Shown here: one piece after another, positions 5,876-14,664 of the stretch
How the letters are laid out: every line of letters begins with the position of its first letter
How positions within the stretch are numbered: the first letter of the stretch is position 1
IMG/VR virus record: IMGVR_UViG_3300044647_000866
Source: an uncultured virus (IMG/VR IMGVR_UViG_3300044647_000866)
Taxonomy: Duplodnaviria; Heunggongvirae; Uroviricota; Caudoviricetes
Direction: 5' to 3' (one strand)
Length of the DNA stretch: 20,000 nucleotides
Made by a program: the position numbers and the translations under genes
The notes under the pieces: generated by a model
Databases searched by the model: none
What the model was told of the DNA's origin: nothing
Seen by the model: only the letters and a program-made list of their open reading frames with translations

Positions 5876-6952
5876 ATGGTTAGAAAATTTAGTGATGAGG
5901 AGCTGTTGGCTTCTCTTGAGCGCAACCGGTATGTGAGATCTGAGACTGCTCTTGAGCTGGGGATCTCTGTCAGGAACCTGATCATGCATATCGGCAGGCT
6001 GAAGGCGGCTGGGGTAAAAATCCCTGACACGTCTTACCCGATCGGGCATCAGACCCGCAGCTTCGAGGACAAGAAGCAGCAGTTCGAGATCAAGGAGCTG
6101 CCGGACGACGACGTCTCCGTCGAGGAGCTGGTTCAGATCCGCAAGCGGCAGTTCGCTGCCAAGAAGAGCCATGAAGAGGCGGCCAAGCTCATCCCGGTCA
6201 AGATCAAGATTGATGGCGCTGTAGGCCTCCTGCACTTCGGTGACCCGCACGTCGACGACGACGGCACGGACATTGCCGCCTTGGAGCGCCACACCAAGCT
6301 GGTGTCGGACACGCCGGGGTTGTTTGCCTGCAACGTGGGCGACACCCTGAACAACTGGACGGGCCGGTTGGCCCGGTTGTACGGCGAGCAGGCTACGTCA
6401 GCGGCGCAGGCATGGCGTCTGGCGGAATGGTTCGTCGGACGCTGCGACTGGCTGTACATGATTGGGGGAAACCACGACCTGTGGTCTGGCGCTGGAGACC
6501 CGCTGAAGTGGATCGCAAAGCAGCAAAACGCCTTGTACAAATCCTCAGAGGCACGCATAGCCTTGAGGTTTCCAAATGGGCAAGAGGTGCGTGTGAACGC
6601 ACGCCACGATCATGTCGGCTCCTCGATATGGAACCCAGCCCACGGGCCGATGAAGGCCGCGATCATGGGCACGCGAGATCACCTGTACGTCGCCGGACAT
6701 AAACACGAGTCGGCGTACTCAGTGCTGAAAGACCCCATCAGCGGGATCACGATGCATGCACTGAAGGTTTCGAGCTACAAGATCTACGACCGTTTCGCAA
6801 AGGAGCGCGGGTTCAGGGACAATACGCTCAGTCCTTGTGCGCTGACTGTGATTAACCCATCCCTTCCGAATTCGCACCCAGACCTGATCAAGGTCTTCTG
6901 GGAACCGGAGGAAGGCGTCAACTATCTTAACTTCTTGCGGAAGAAGAAATAA
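5876..6952 (+). CDS. Calcineurin-like metallophosphoesterase with an N-terminal HTH
   Basis: Motifs GDPH, GD, GNHD, H and GHKH. The N-terminal 'VRSETALELGISVRNL' is HTH-like. GAGG RBS. Confidence 0.85.
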   Translation: MVRKFSDEELLASLERNRYVRSETALELGISVRNLIMHIGRLKAAGVKIPDTSYPIGHQTRSFEDKKQQFEIKELPDDDVSVEELVQIRKRQFAAKKSHEEAAKLIPVKIKIDGAVGLLHFGDPHVDDDGTDIAALERHTKLVSDTPGLFACNVGDTLNNWTGRLARLYGEQATSAAQAWRLAEWFVGRCDWLYMIGGNHDLWSGAGDPLKWIAKQQNALYKSSEARIALRFPNGQEVRVNARHDHVGSSIWNPAHGPMKAAIMGTRDHLYVAGHKHESAYSVLKDPISGITMHALKVSSYKIYDRFAKERGFRDNTLSPCALTVINPSLPNSHPDLIKVFWEPEEGVNYLNFLRKKK

Positions 6953-7185
6953 TGGAACTTCAAGCTGTCTTTAACGTAGTCCTTGGCCTGTCAGCAACAG
7001 GCTTGGGATGGTTCGCTAGAGAACTCTGGTCTGCGGTAAGTGGTCTTAAATCGGACATCGCGAAACTGAGGGAAGACATCCCAAGATATTACGTCTCGAA
7101 AGATGACTACCGCGAAGACATCCGTGAATTGAAAGGCATGTTAGAAAAGATCTTCGACCGGCTAGAGAACAAGGCAGACAAGTGA
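6952..7185 (+). CDS. Small membrane-anchored coiled-coil protein (lysis-region)
   Basis: N-terminal hydrophobic helix followed by a charged coiled coil; TAATG coupling with the upstream gene. Confidence 0.75.
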   Translation: MELQAVFNVVLGLSATGLGWFARELWSAVSGLKSDIAKLREDIPRYYVSKDDYREDIRELKGMLEKIFDRLENKADK

Positions 7186-7192
7186 GGCAATC

Positions 7193-7606
7193 ATGAGCGA
7201 GGCAAGCGAAATTGAAATGTTCAAGGCAAAGGTTCAGGCAGAACTGAATCGCCTTGAAGCTGGCTCTTCTGCAAAAGATGTGGCAGGCAAGGCTATTGGA
7301 AAGGATGGCCTGAAATACATAACGGTCATTGTTGTGATCGGAGTTGTATCTAGCCTTGCATTGGACTCCGACAAGATCGCCGCCGTAATGGGACTTCTTG
7401 GCGCTTCCCTTACCGCATTGATTTCAATGCTGAATGGGATTGCAGGCGCGAATGAAAAAGAAGAGAAGCCTGAGTTTGGCGTTATCAAAGAGCTGATATC
7501 GAAGCTTGATAAGCTGGATCGCAAAGAGATGCCAATGCGTGTTGACGTGGAAGGCGATCATGTGACCGTCACCAAAGGCGAAGATGTAGTGAGGGCAAGC
7601 AAATGA
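7193..7606 (+). CDS. Membrane protein with two predicted TM helices
   Basis: Hydrophobic segments YITVIVVIGVVSSLAL and IAAVMGLLGASLTALISML; GAGG RBS. Confidence 0.7.
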   Translation: MSEASEIEMFKAKVQAELNRLEAGSSAKDVAGKAIGKDGLKYITVIVVIGVVSSLALDSDKIAAVMGLLGASLTALISMLNGIAGANEKEEKPEFGVIKELISKLDKLDRKEMPMRVDVEGDHVTVTKGEDVVRASK

Positions 7607-8088
7607 TGACTCTGATTTCTACGCTGACTTCGTTCTTGGCCGGCGGCCTTCCGAAGTTGCTGGCCATTTTCCAAGATCGTCAGGACAAGAAGCACGAGCT
7701 TGCGATGATGAACGCTCAGAAAGAGAAAGAGCTTGCGCTTGTCGAGCGCGGGTATCTTGCTCAGGCAAAGGTCGAGGAGATCAAGCTTGAGCAAGTCTCT
7801 CTTCAGACTGCGATGGAAGAGCGCAGTGCGCTTTACCAGCACGACATGGAGATCGGCAAGGGAGCCTCGCAGTGGGTGATCAACCTGCGTGCGAGTGTTC
7901 GACCCGTGATTACTTACGGGATGTTCTTGCTGCTTGTGTTCGTTGACATCGCTGGCTTTGTGTACGCATGGCGTATGGGCACTGACTTCCAGATCATGCT
8001 CGACTACATGTGGGACGAAGACACCCAGATCATCTGGTCTAGCGTGATTGCATTCTGGTTCGGCACGCAAGCTTTCTCCAAGAAGTAA
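7603..8088 (+). CDS. Putative holin (3TM-holin-like)
   Basis: 'LRASVRPVITY' followed by a TM helix, and a C-terminal 'IAFWFG' motif; lies upstream of the endolysin. Confidence 0.65.
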   Translation: MMTLISTLTSFLAGGLPKLLAIFQDRQDKKHELAMMNAQKEKELALVERGYLAQAKVEEIKLEQVSLQTAMEERSALYQHDMEIGKGASQWVINLRASVRPVITYGMFLLLVFVDIAGFVYAWRMGTDFQIMLDYMWDEDTQIIWSSVIAFWFGTQAFSKK

Positions 8089-8090
8089 CG

Positions 8091-8180
8091 ATGCACCTCC
8101 TCCTTCTGATATGGCTGCTGCCATACTTCGAGGATTCCGACTCTGAGATCTCTGAAGAAGTCTGGAAGGACTGGCAATGA
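8091..8180 (+). CDS. Possible 29-aa peptide
   Basis: MHLLLLIWLLPYFEDSDSEISEEVWKDWQ* fills the gap between the holin and endolysin exactly, with an ATGA overlap on the endolysin start. Confidence 0.45.
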   Translation: MHLLLLIWLLPYFEDSDSEISEEVWKDWQ

Positions 8181-8692
8181 AGATCGGCCCAGCCGCAATT
8201 AAAGTCATCAAGCACCACGAGGGCGTAAAGTACAGACCGTACCTATGCCCCGCGCACTTGTGGACTGTCGGCGTTGGCCATCTCTTGTATCCGCAGCAGA
8301 CTAAGCTTCCGATGCTCAGAACGCCGGAGAACGCCGCAATGATTCTGCGTAAGGAATTTTCCTTACTGCCGGAGGACAATCGTGTCTGGAGTGCTGCTGA
8401 AGTGGACGATCTCCTCTCTCAAGACCTTATGCGTTTTGAGCGTGGAGTGGCCCGTCTTTGCCCTAACTCTCTTAGCAATCAAGGACGGTTTGAAAGTCTT
8501 GTCTCTTTTGCATTCAATGTAGGATTAGGCAATCTTCAGCGAAGTGGGCTTCGCATGAAGAATAATCGTGGGGACTTTGAGGGGGCCGCTGAAGAGTTCA
8601 TGAAATGGACTAAAGGCGGTGGTCGCGTGTTACCGGGACTTCTGAAGAGGCGCAGAGACGAACAGGCTTTGTACCTCTCATGTCCAAGCTAG
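8177..8692 (+). CDS. Endolysin, GH24 phage lysozyme
   Basis: HEG...Y.C...WTVGVGH catalytic region, 'LVSFAFNVGLGN' and 'W...GG.VLPGL..RR..E..LYL'. Confidence 0.93.
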   Translation: MKIGPAAIKVIKHHEGVKYRPYLCPAHLWTVGVGHLLYPQQTKLPMLRTPENAAMILRKEFSLLPEDNRVWSAAEVDDLLSQDLMRFERGVARLCPNSLSNQGRFESLVSFAFNVGLGNLQRSGLRMKNNRGDFEGAAEEFMKWTKGGGRVLPGLLKRRRDEQALYLSCPS

Positions 8693-9267
8693 ATAAGATC
8701 GCAGAGGCGGCCAACGCCGTATCGAACCCTCTCTCCGCCGCGAAGACTACGGTGGAGTCTGCTCGTGGCTTGATGAACGAGACCTATGGTCTTGTTGAAG
8801 ACGCCCGTGCTATTGCCGCGAAAGAAGCTGCCGTAAGGCAGAAGAAGCGCGACGAAGCAGCGCTGAAGCCGCAGCTCACAAAAGATCGTGTTACGAAAGT
8901 CGTTACAACCCGCGAAGTCAATTCGGCTGTAATCGACTACAACACAAAGACAAGCGCCGCGACTGCTGCAATGAAAGCAGCTCTCATCCGCGAGAAGCAG
9001 CGCGAAGAAGAGCATGCTATGTACTGGTCTATGTCCCAGTCTGAGCGTGCAGAATACGACCGCGCACGCAAAGAGCAGAATGAGAAGATCAAGCAAGAGC
9101 AGCTAAGAATCGTTCGAGAGAAGCGTAAGAAAGACGAAAGGAACGAAGTTATTCTTGCTGTTGTCGTGTCACTGATTATTTTCGTAGGCGGAGTTTACGG
9201 GATGCTTGCTTGGTTAGCTTATGCTTCCAACAACCAGCCCTTGAAGCAAGCACTTGGCCTTGGGTAA
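8680..9267 (+). CDS. Coiled-coil protein with a C-terminal TM helix
   Basis: Long charged helical region followed by VILAVVVSLIIFVGGVYGMLAWLAYA. Confidence 0.75.
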   Translation: MSKLDKIAEAANAVSNPLSAAKTTVESARGLMNETYGLVEDARAIAAKEAAVRQKKRDEAALKPQLTKDRVTKVVTTREVNSAVIDYNTKTSAATAAMKAALIREKQREEEHAMYWSMSQSERAEYDRARKEQNEKIKQEQLRIVREKRKKDERNEVILAVVVSLIIFVGGVYGMLAWLAYASNNQPLKQALGLG

Positions 9268-9288
9268 CGCTTTAATAAGGAGGCACTT

Positions 9289-9600
9289 ATGAAAGCCAGC
9301 GATGTGAAAAGAGAGGATGGCAAGATTGTTTATAGGGGTTACAAGTTCCCCGGATTCAACAAGCCGATCAATGCTCCTGCTGGAGCCAAAGAGAAGAAGA
9401 TGGTTCTGGCCAAGAAAGGCGAGGACGTGAAGCTTGTTCGCTTTGGCCTTCGTGGCATGCAGGACTACACGCAGCACGGCAGTGAGAAGCGACGGGATAA
9501 CTACCGCGCACGCTCTGCCGGCATCCGCGACAAGTCTGGCAACCTGACCAAGGACGACAAGTTCTCAGCGAACTACTGGGCACGAAAAGTACTCTGGTAA
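9289..9600 (+). CDS. Conserved small basic phage protein
   Basis: AGGAGG RBS. The 'KLVRFG...RR.NYRAR...SANYWARKVLW' pattern resembles a common phage DUF; family not confirmed. Confidence 0.8.
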   Translation: MKASDVKREDGKIVYRGYKFPGFNKPINAPAGAKEKKMVLAKKGEDVKLVRFGLRGMQDYTQHGSEKRRDNYRARSAGIRDKSGNLTKDDKFSANYWARKVLW

Positions 9601-11042
9601 TGGAAGTCCAGTACTACCCGCCGGGGCCGGCGTGTGAGTCCTTCCATCTGGATGGCTCATTCGTACGCGGCCTTATGGGGCCAGTAGGCTCTGGCAAGTC
9701 CACCGCATGCTGCTACGAGATCCTCATCCGCGGCGTGCAACAGCAACCGGGGCCGGACAAGATCCGCCGCTCACGATGGGCTGCGCTGCGTAACACGTAT
9801 CCTGAACTCAAGTCGACCACGATCAAAACGTGGATGGACTGGATGAAGGATATTGCTGTGATGAAGTGGGACACGCCGATCACCTCAACGATCGCCATCG
9901 ACAACATCGGTGACGGCACTGGGGTTGAGATCGAAGTTCTCTTCATCGCTATCGACAGACCTGAAGACGTGAACAAGCTTCGGTCGCTCGAACTCACAGG
10001 CGCGTGGATCAACGAAGCCTCTGAGATGGACAAGTCAGTCCTCGACATGTGTACGCAGCGTATTGGTCGTTACCCGTCCAAGCGCGTCGGCGGCCCGTCA
10101 TGGACTGGCGTGATCATGGATACCAACCCACCGGACGATGATTCTTGGTGGTATAAGCTGGCAGAAGAAGACAGGCCGAAGGGCTACAAATTCTTCCGCC
10201 AGCCGGGAGGCCTCATGCAGGATCTGGACGAAAAGTCCGATACCCACATGGAGTACATCCCAAACCCAAGAGCGGAGAACATCCAGAACCATAGCCTTGG
10301 TTACCAGTACTACCTGAATCAGGTGGCTGGCAAAACCGAAGACTGGATCAAGGTCTTCCTGCTTGGGGATTACGGCACTACGATGGACGGTAAGCCCGTC
10401 TATCCGGAGTGGAACGACAAGGATCACTTTAGTAGCAATTCGCTTATGCCGGTCGATGGTATGCCGGTAATCCTGTCGTTTGACTTTGGCTTGACCCCTG
10501 CATGTGTGTTCTTGCAGATGTCTCCGAAGGGACAGCTTCTCATCCTTGATGAGCTAGTCTCTGAGGACATGGGCATCCGCCAGTTCTACTCAGAAGTTGT
10601 CAGGCCTTTCATTCTTCAGAAGTACTCTCGCCATCGGATCGAGGCTGTGGGTGATCCGGCGGGAAACATTCGCGCACAGACTGACGAGAAGACCTGCATG
10701 CAGGAGCTTCTCTCAATGGGACTGATCTGCGAACCAGCGCCGACAAACGAGTTTTTGGCCAGACGCGAAAGCGTGGCCTTTTTTCTTCAGCGTCTCTCTT
10801 CCAGTGGGCCGGGGTTTATTCTTGGCCCTGACTGCAAGATGCTGAGAAAAGGATTCAATGGCGGCTATCGGTACGAGCGCATTCGTGCGTCAGGCACAAC
10901 GAAGTTCAAGGATCGTCCGGTTAAGGACAAGTTTTCTCACGTTCACGACGCCCTGCAATACGGATGTCTGCACATGAGGCACGAGATGAACCCCGTTCGA
11001 CGCAAACCTATCAGAGAAGCAAGCACAGGCGGTTGGGTATAA
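9600..11042 (+). CDS. terL: Terminase large subunit
   Basis: Walker A GPVGSGKS, Walker B-like AWINEA, 'DTNPP' coupling motif, nuclease motifs DFGLTPA and HVHDALQY. Confidence 0.95.
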   Translation: MEVQYYPPGPACESFHLDGSFVRGLMGPVGSGKSTACCYEILIRGVQQQPGPDKIRRSRWAALRNTYPELKSTTIKTWMDWMKDIAVMKWDTPITSTIAIDNIGDGTGVEIEVLFIAIDRPEDVNKLRSLELTGAWINEASEMDKSVLDMCTQRIGRYPSKRVGGPSWTGVIMDTNPPDDDSWWYKLAEEDRPKGYKFFRQPGGLMQDLDEKSDTHMEYIPNPRAENIQNHSLGYQYYLNQVAGKTEDWIKVFLLGDYGTTMDGKPVYPEWNDKDHFSSNSLMPVDGMPVILSFDFGLTPACVFLQMSPKGQLLILDELVSEDMGIRQFYSEVVRPFILQKYSRHRIEAVGDPAGNIRAQTDEKTCMQELLSMGLICEPAPTNEFLARRESVAFFLQRLSSSGPGFILGPDCKMLRKGFNGGYRYERIRASGTTKFKDRPVKDKFSHVHDALQYGCLHMRHEMNPVRRKPIREASTGGWV

Positions 11043-11045
11043 AAC

Positions 11046-12983
11046 ATGGCACTTAAATCGGTCAAGTTACAAAAAGCGCAAGAGGACTCGGTCATCCTTG
11101 AGGAGCCGGTCGTGTTGTCGCTTTCAGCCTACGTCCGTCGTTGCTATGAGGAAGCAAAGACCGCGAAGTCTGACGTGACGGAGCGCTTGCTCCGCGCAGA
11201 GCGTCAGCGCCGTGGCGTGTACGATCCTGACAAGCTCGCAATGATCCGCGATACCGGCGGCTCAGATATCTTTATGATGCTCACGGACATCAAGTGCCGT
11301 GCTGCTGAGAGCTGGATCAAGGACGTCATGCTTTCGACTGGCGAGAAGTCGTGGAGCCTCAAGCCCACTGCTGAGCCTGAAGTTCCGGATGTCCTGCGTA
11401 ACGAGATCATCGAGGCCGTCACTATCGAGGCCGATCAGGTTCAGAGCGCCGGCATTGGCGTGAACCCGCAGAGCATCGAGAAGCGCATGGAAGAGATCCA
11501 TGCGGAAGTGAAGAAGCGCCTGATGGAACATGCCAAGGACGCTTCGATGAAGATGGAGCGCCGCATCCTCGACAAGATGCAGGACGCCAAGTTCGACAGC
11601 ACGCTCAGCGAGATCATCTACGACTTCGTTACGTTCCCGTGCGCCTTCATCAAAGGCCCGATGATTCGTACGAAGAAGGTCATGAAGTGGGGTTCCAACT
11701 GGACGCCCAAGGTCGAGGAGACGATCGTCGAGGACTTCGAGCGCGTCTCGCCCTACGACATCTTCCCCTCGCCGAACGCGACAACCTGCCAAGACGGCTA
11801 CCTGATCCATCGCCATCAGATGACTCGTGCGGACATCGAAGTGCTGCGTAGTACTCCTTCGTTCGATCAGGGTGCCATTGATGAAGTCCTGCGCCTGTAT
11901 GGCCGCTCAGGACTTCGCGAGCTGGTGCAGTCAGACACTGAGCGCAACCTGCTCGAAGGTCGCAACAACACGCTGGTCGGTACTGAGCTGATCGAAGGCG
12001 TGGAGTTCTGGGGGTCTGTCTCCGGCTACATGCTCCGCGAGTGGGGCATGTCCGATGTTGAAGATCACCGCGAGTATGAAGTCAACGTGTGGATGGTCGG
12101 CAGCTATGTGATCAAGTGCGTCAAGAACCCTGACCCGCTTGACCGTCGCCCGTACTCGAAGGCGTCTTGGGAGTCGATCCCCGGAGCGTTCTGGGGTCTG
12201 GCCCTGCCTGAAATGATGACCGACATCCAGACTGTGTGTAACGCCGCCGCTCGTGCGCTGGCGAACAACATGGGCATTGCCTCCGGGCCGCAGGTCGAGA
12301 TCTCTGTCGACCGCCTGCCTGACGGCGAAGACCTGACCAAGATGTACCCGTGGAAGATTTGGCAGACGACGTCAGACAGAACCGGTGGCGGTCAGCCGGC
12401 TGTCCGCTTCTACCAGCCCAGCATGAATGCGGATGCATTGCTTGCGGTGTACCAGTACTTCCAGCGCATCGCTGACGAAGTGACTGGCGTGCCGAACTAC
12501 ATCTACGGAAGTGGTCAGGCTTCTGGCGCAGGACGCACTGCGTCTGGCCTTTCGATGCTGATGGAAAATGCCGCGAAGGGAATCAAGCAGGCTATCCTAT
12601 CGCTCGATGCTGCGACCACTGATGTCATCCATCGCCTGTACGATCACCTGATGATCTACGACGACGACAACTCGATTAAGGGTGACATGCAGATTGTTCC
12701 TGCCGGTGTGGTCGGAACTCTGCTCAAGGAGTCTGTCCAGCAGCGCCGGAACGAATTCCTGCAGCTGACATCCAACCCGGTAGACATTCAGATCATGGGG
12801 CCAAGTGGACGCGCAATGCTGCTCCGCGAGGCGGCCAAGGCTCTGAACATGGATGTCGACAAGATCATCCCTGACCCTGAGAAGATCATGGAAGCCCAGA
12901 AGATGCTGAGCGAGATGGCTGCGCAGCAGCAGCCTGAGCCTGCCCAGCCCGAACAACTCCCACCCCAAGGAATGATGCAATGA
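11046..12983 (+). CDS. Portal protein
   Basis: 645 aa directly after terL; 'ERVSPYDIFPSP', 'PGAFWGLALPE', 'ADEVTGVP...G...RTASGLSML' are typical of P22-like podoviral portals; Q/P-rich tail. Confidence 0.88.
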   Translation: MALKSVKLQKAQEDSVILEEPVVLSLSAYVRRCYEEAKTAKSDVTERLLRAERQRRGVYDPDKLAMIRDTGGSDIFMMLTDIKCRAAESWIKDVMLSTGEKSWSLKPTAEPEVPDVLRNEIIEAVTIEADQVQSAGIGVNPQSIEKRMEEIHAEVKKRLMEHAKDASMKMERRILDKMQDAKFDSTLSEIIYDFVTFPCAFIKGPMIRTKKVMKWGSNWTPKVEETIVEDFERVSPYDIFPSPNATTCQDGYLIHRHQMTRADIEVLRSTPSFDQGAIDEVLRLYGRSGLRELVQSDTERNLLEGRNNTLVGTELIEGVEFWGSVSGYMLREWGMSDVEDHREYEVNVWMVGSYVIKCVKNPDPLDRRPYSKASWESIPGAFWGLALPEMMTDIQTVCNAAARALANNMGIASGPQVEISVDRLPDGEDLTKMYPWKIWQTTSDRTGGGQPAVRFYQPSMNADALLAVYQYFQRIADEVTGVPNYIYGSGQASGAGRTASGLSMLMENAAKGIKQAILSLDAATTDVIHRLYDHLMIYDDDNSIKGDMQIVPAGVVGTLLKESVQQRRNEFLQLTSNPVDIQIMGPSGRAMLLREAAKALNMDVDKIIPDPEKIMEAQKMLSEMAAQQQPEPAQPEQLPPQGMMQ

Positions 12984-13351
12984 GTAAAGCAGGAAATTTC
13001 GCCGCAGGTTTGCTTGGCGGCTACGTTGGTTACAAGCAGCAGAAAGAAGCGCAGGAAGAGCGCAAAGCTGACCGCGAGATGATGCAGGCCATCCTTGGAA
13101 AGAAGAAGGATGACAGCGCAAACCAGCCTGCTGCTGTCGCCAAGACCGCGATGGCGGAAGGCGCTGCTGCTGCGGATGCAGTCTCCGTCTCTGGCGGGAA
13201 AGGCGCTGACGTGCTTGGCAATGTTGGCGTGAAAAACCCTATTGATGATCAAGCACTGGCCAACGGCGGCATGATCGGCGAGATGCCGAAGCAGTACGAC
13301 CGCTTTGGCTGGCAGCGTCAGTCCTTCAAGAAGGGCACGCCCAGCTTCTAA
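12980..13351 (+). CDS. Hypothetical protein (possible internal virion protein)
   Basis: ATGA overlap with the portal; Gly/Ala-rich N-terminus. Confidence 0.7.
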   Translation: MSKAGNFAAGLLGGYVGYKQQKEAQEERKADREMMQAILGKKKDDSANQPAAVAKTAMAEGAAAADAVSVSGGKGADVLGNVGVKNPIDDQALANGGMIGEMPKQYDRFGWQRQSFKKGTPSF

Positions 13352-13551
13352 TGGATCAAAGAACTAGAGAGGCGCTGAACCGTCTGAGTGCCGACTCAGA
13401 CTTTCAGCTTTTCGTTTCGCATCTAACGGGATTGCGCGATGCGCGGCTTGTTGAACTGGAAGACGCTACGGTGGCGCTCCAGTCTCACAAGCTGCAAGGC
13501 TACTGCCAAGCATTGCGTGATGTCGTGCAGATGTGTGCTAGGAAACCCTAG
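13351..13551 (+). CDS. Small helical head-module protein (Bbp19-like position)
   Basis: TAATG coupling; 'LQG..QAL..V' pattern; lies between portal and scaffold. Confidence 0.7.
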   Translation: MDQRTREALNRLSADSDFQLFVSHLTGLRDARLVELEDATVALQSHKLQGYCQALRDVVQMCARKP

Positions 13552-13637
13552 CGCACCGGAACCGGAGGAATCCGGATTGTTAGTAACAGCCTGAATACCA
13601 GATCGTAGGCAGAGAATACCGATAGGCTCTCTTGCGC
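13551..13637 (+). promoter_or_regulatory. Structured 5' leader of the scaffold gene with duplicated GAATACC
   Basis: GCGCA/TGCGC encloses the hairpins CCGGA/TCCGG, GCCT/AGGC and AGAG/CTCT; GAATACC occurs at 13593-13599 and 13614-13620. Confidence 0.55.
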
Positions 13638-13661
13638 GAAGGTTGGCTCATGGAGTGTTAA

Positions 13662-14627
13662 ATGGCTCGCGTTAATAGGAATGCTGAAAAGCAAGCGCAA
13701 CTTGCAGATGAGATGTACAACAAGGTCTATGGGAACACCGGTACGCCGGCTCCCGAAAACAAAGATCCGCCTCCGCAGGAAACTGCAGAAGCTCCAGTCA
13801 CGGAACCGGTTACTGATCAAGCCGCTCCCATTGACGAGGCACCAGCCGAAGTCAAAAAGGAAAACGACGAGAATCAGCCCAAGCCCAAGTTCCCTGATGC
13901 AGACCCGAACGATAAAAGTTGGGAGCAGCGGTACAAAGTTCTCGCGAACAAGTACTCAGCTGAAGTCCCACGCTATGCGGCTGAGATCCGTTCTCTGAAA
14001 GCAGAGATCGCGGAACTCAAGAAGTCTGCAGAAGCAAAGCCGGAACCAGCCAAACAGGTTGACACTCTCGTCAAGCCTGAAGAAGTTGCTGAGTACGGTG
14101 AGAAGTTCGTCGACTTCGTGAAGCGTGCAGCCAAAGAGGTTGTACCTAACGATGTCAGCGAGCTGCGTTCAACGGTCGAGGAGCTTCGCAAGACAAACTC
14201 CCAGCTGGAGCGAAAGCGGTTCTTTGAAGAGCTTGTCGGCCTCTCCCCAACATGGGAGTCGCTGAATACGGACAAGGAGTTTCTTGACTGGCTTGGGGAG
14301 CTTGATCCCTACACCGGTCAGCAGCGCCAGTCTCTGTTCGACGACGCTTATGCAAAGTTAGACGCTTGGCGTGTCGCCAACTTCTTCAACTCCTATAACG
14401 ATGGCCTTGAGAAAAAGGAACCTCCTGCGCAAAAGCCTAACCTTGCGGATCAGGTCACGCCTAAGACAACTGGCAAGACCGCACCCCCGCAAGGAAAGAA
14501 GCTTTACACGAATGCAGAAGTCGCTCGTTTTTACGACGAACTGCGCCGTGGAAAGATCACACAGGAAGATGCGCGGAGGATTGAGCAAGATATCTTCGCT
14601 GCTCAGGCAGAAGGACGCTTTCGATAA
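13662..14627 (+). CDS. Capsid scaffolding protein
   Basis: Acidic P/E-rich N-terminus, coiled coils, C-terminal 'IFAAQAEGR'; immediately upstream of the major capsid; GGAG RBS. Confidence 0.8.
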   Translation: MARVNRNAEKQAQLADEMYNKVYGNTGTPAPENKDPPPQETAEAPVTEPVTDQAAPIDEAPAEVKKENDENQPKPKFPDADPNDKSWEQRYKVLANKYSAEVPRYAAEIRSLKAEIAELKKSAEAKPEPAKQVDTLVKPEEVAEYGEKFVDFVKRAAKEVVPNDVSELRSTVEELRKTNSQLERKRFFEELVGLSPTWESLNTDKEFLDWLGELDPYTGQQRQSLFDDAYAKLDAWRVANFFNSYNDGLEKKEPPAQKPNLADQVTPKTTGKTAPPQGKKLYTNAEVARFYDELRRGKITQEDARRIEQDIFAAQAEGRFR

Positions 14628-14664
14628 GCCCCTGCCCAGTGAAGTCAACTAAAGGAAGTTCAAT

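Noticed and set aside
8680..9267. Post-endolysin ORF as an Rz-like i-spanin
   Set aside because: Its TM helix is C-terminal rather than N-terminal, and no embedded lipoprotein ORF was evident.
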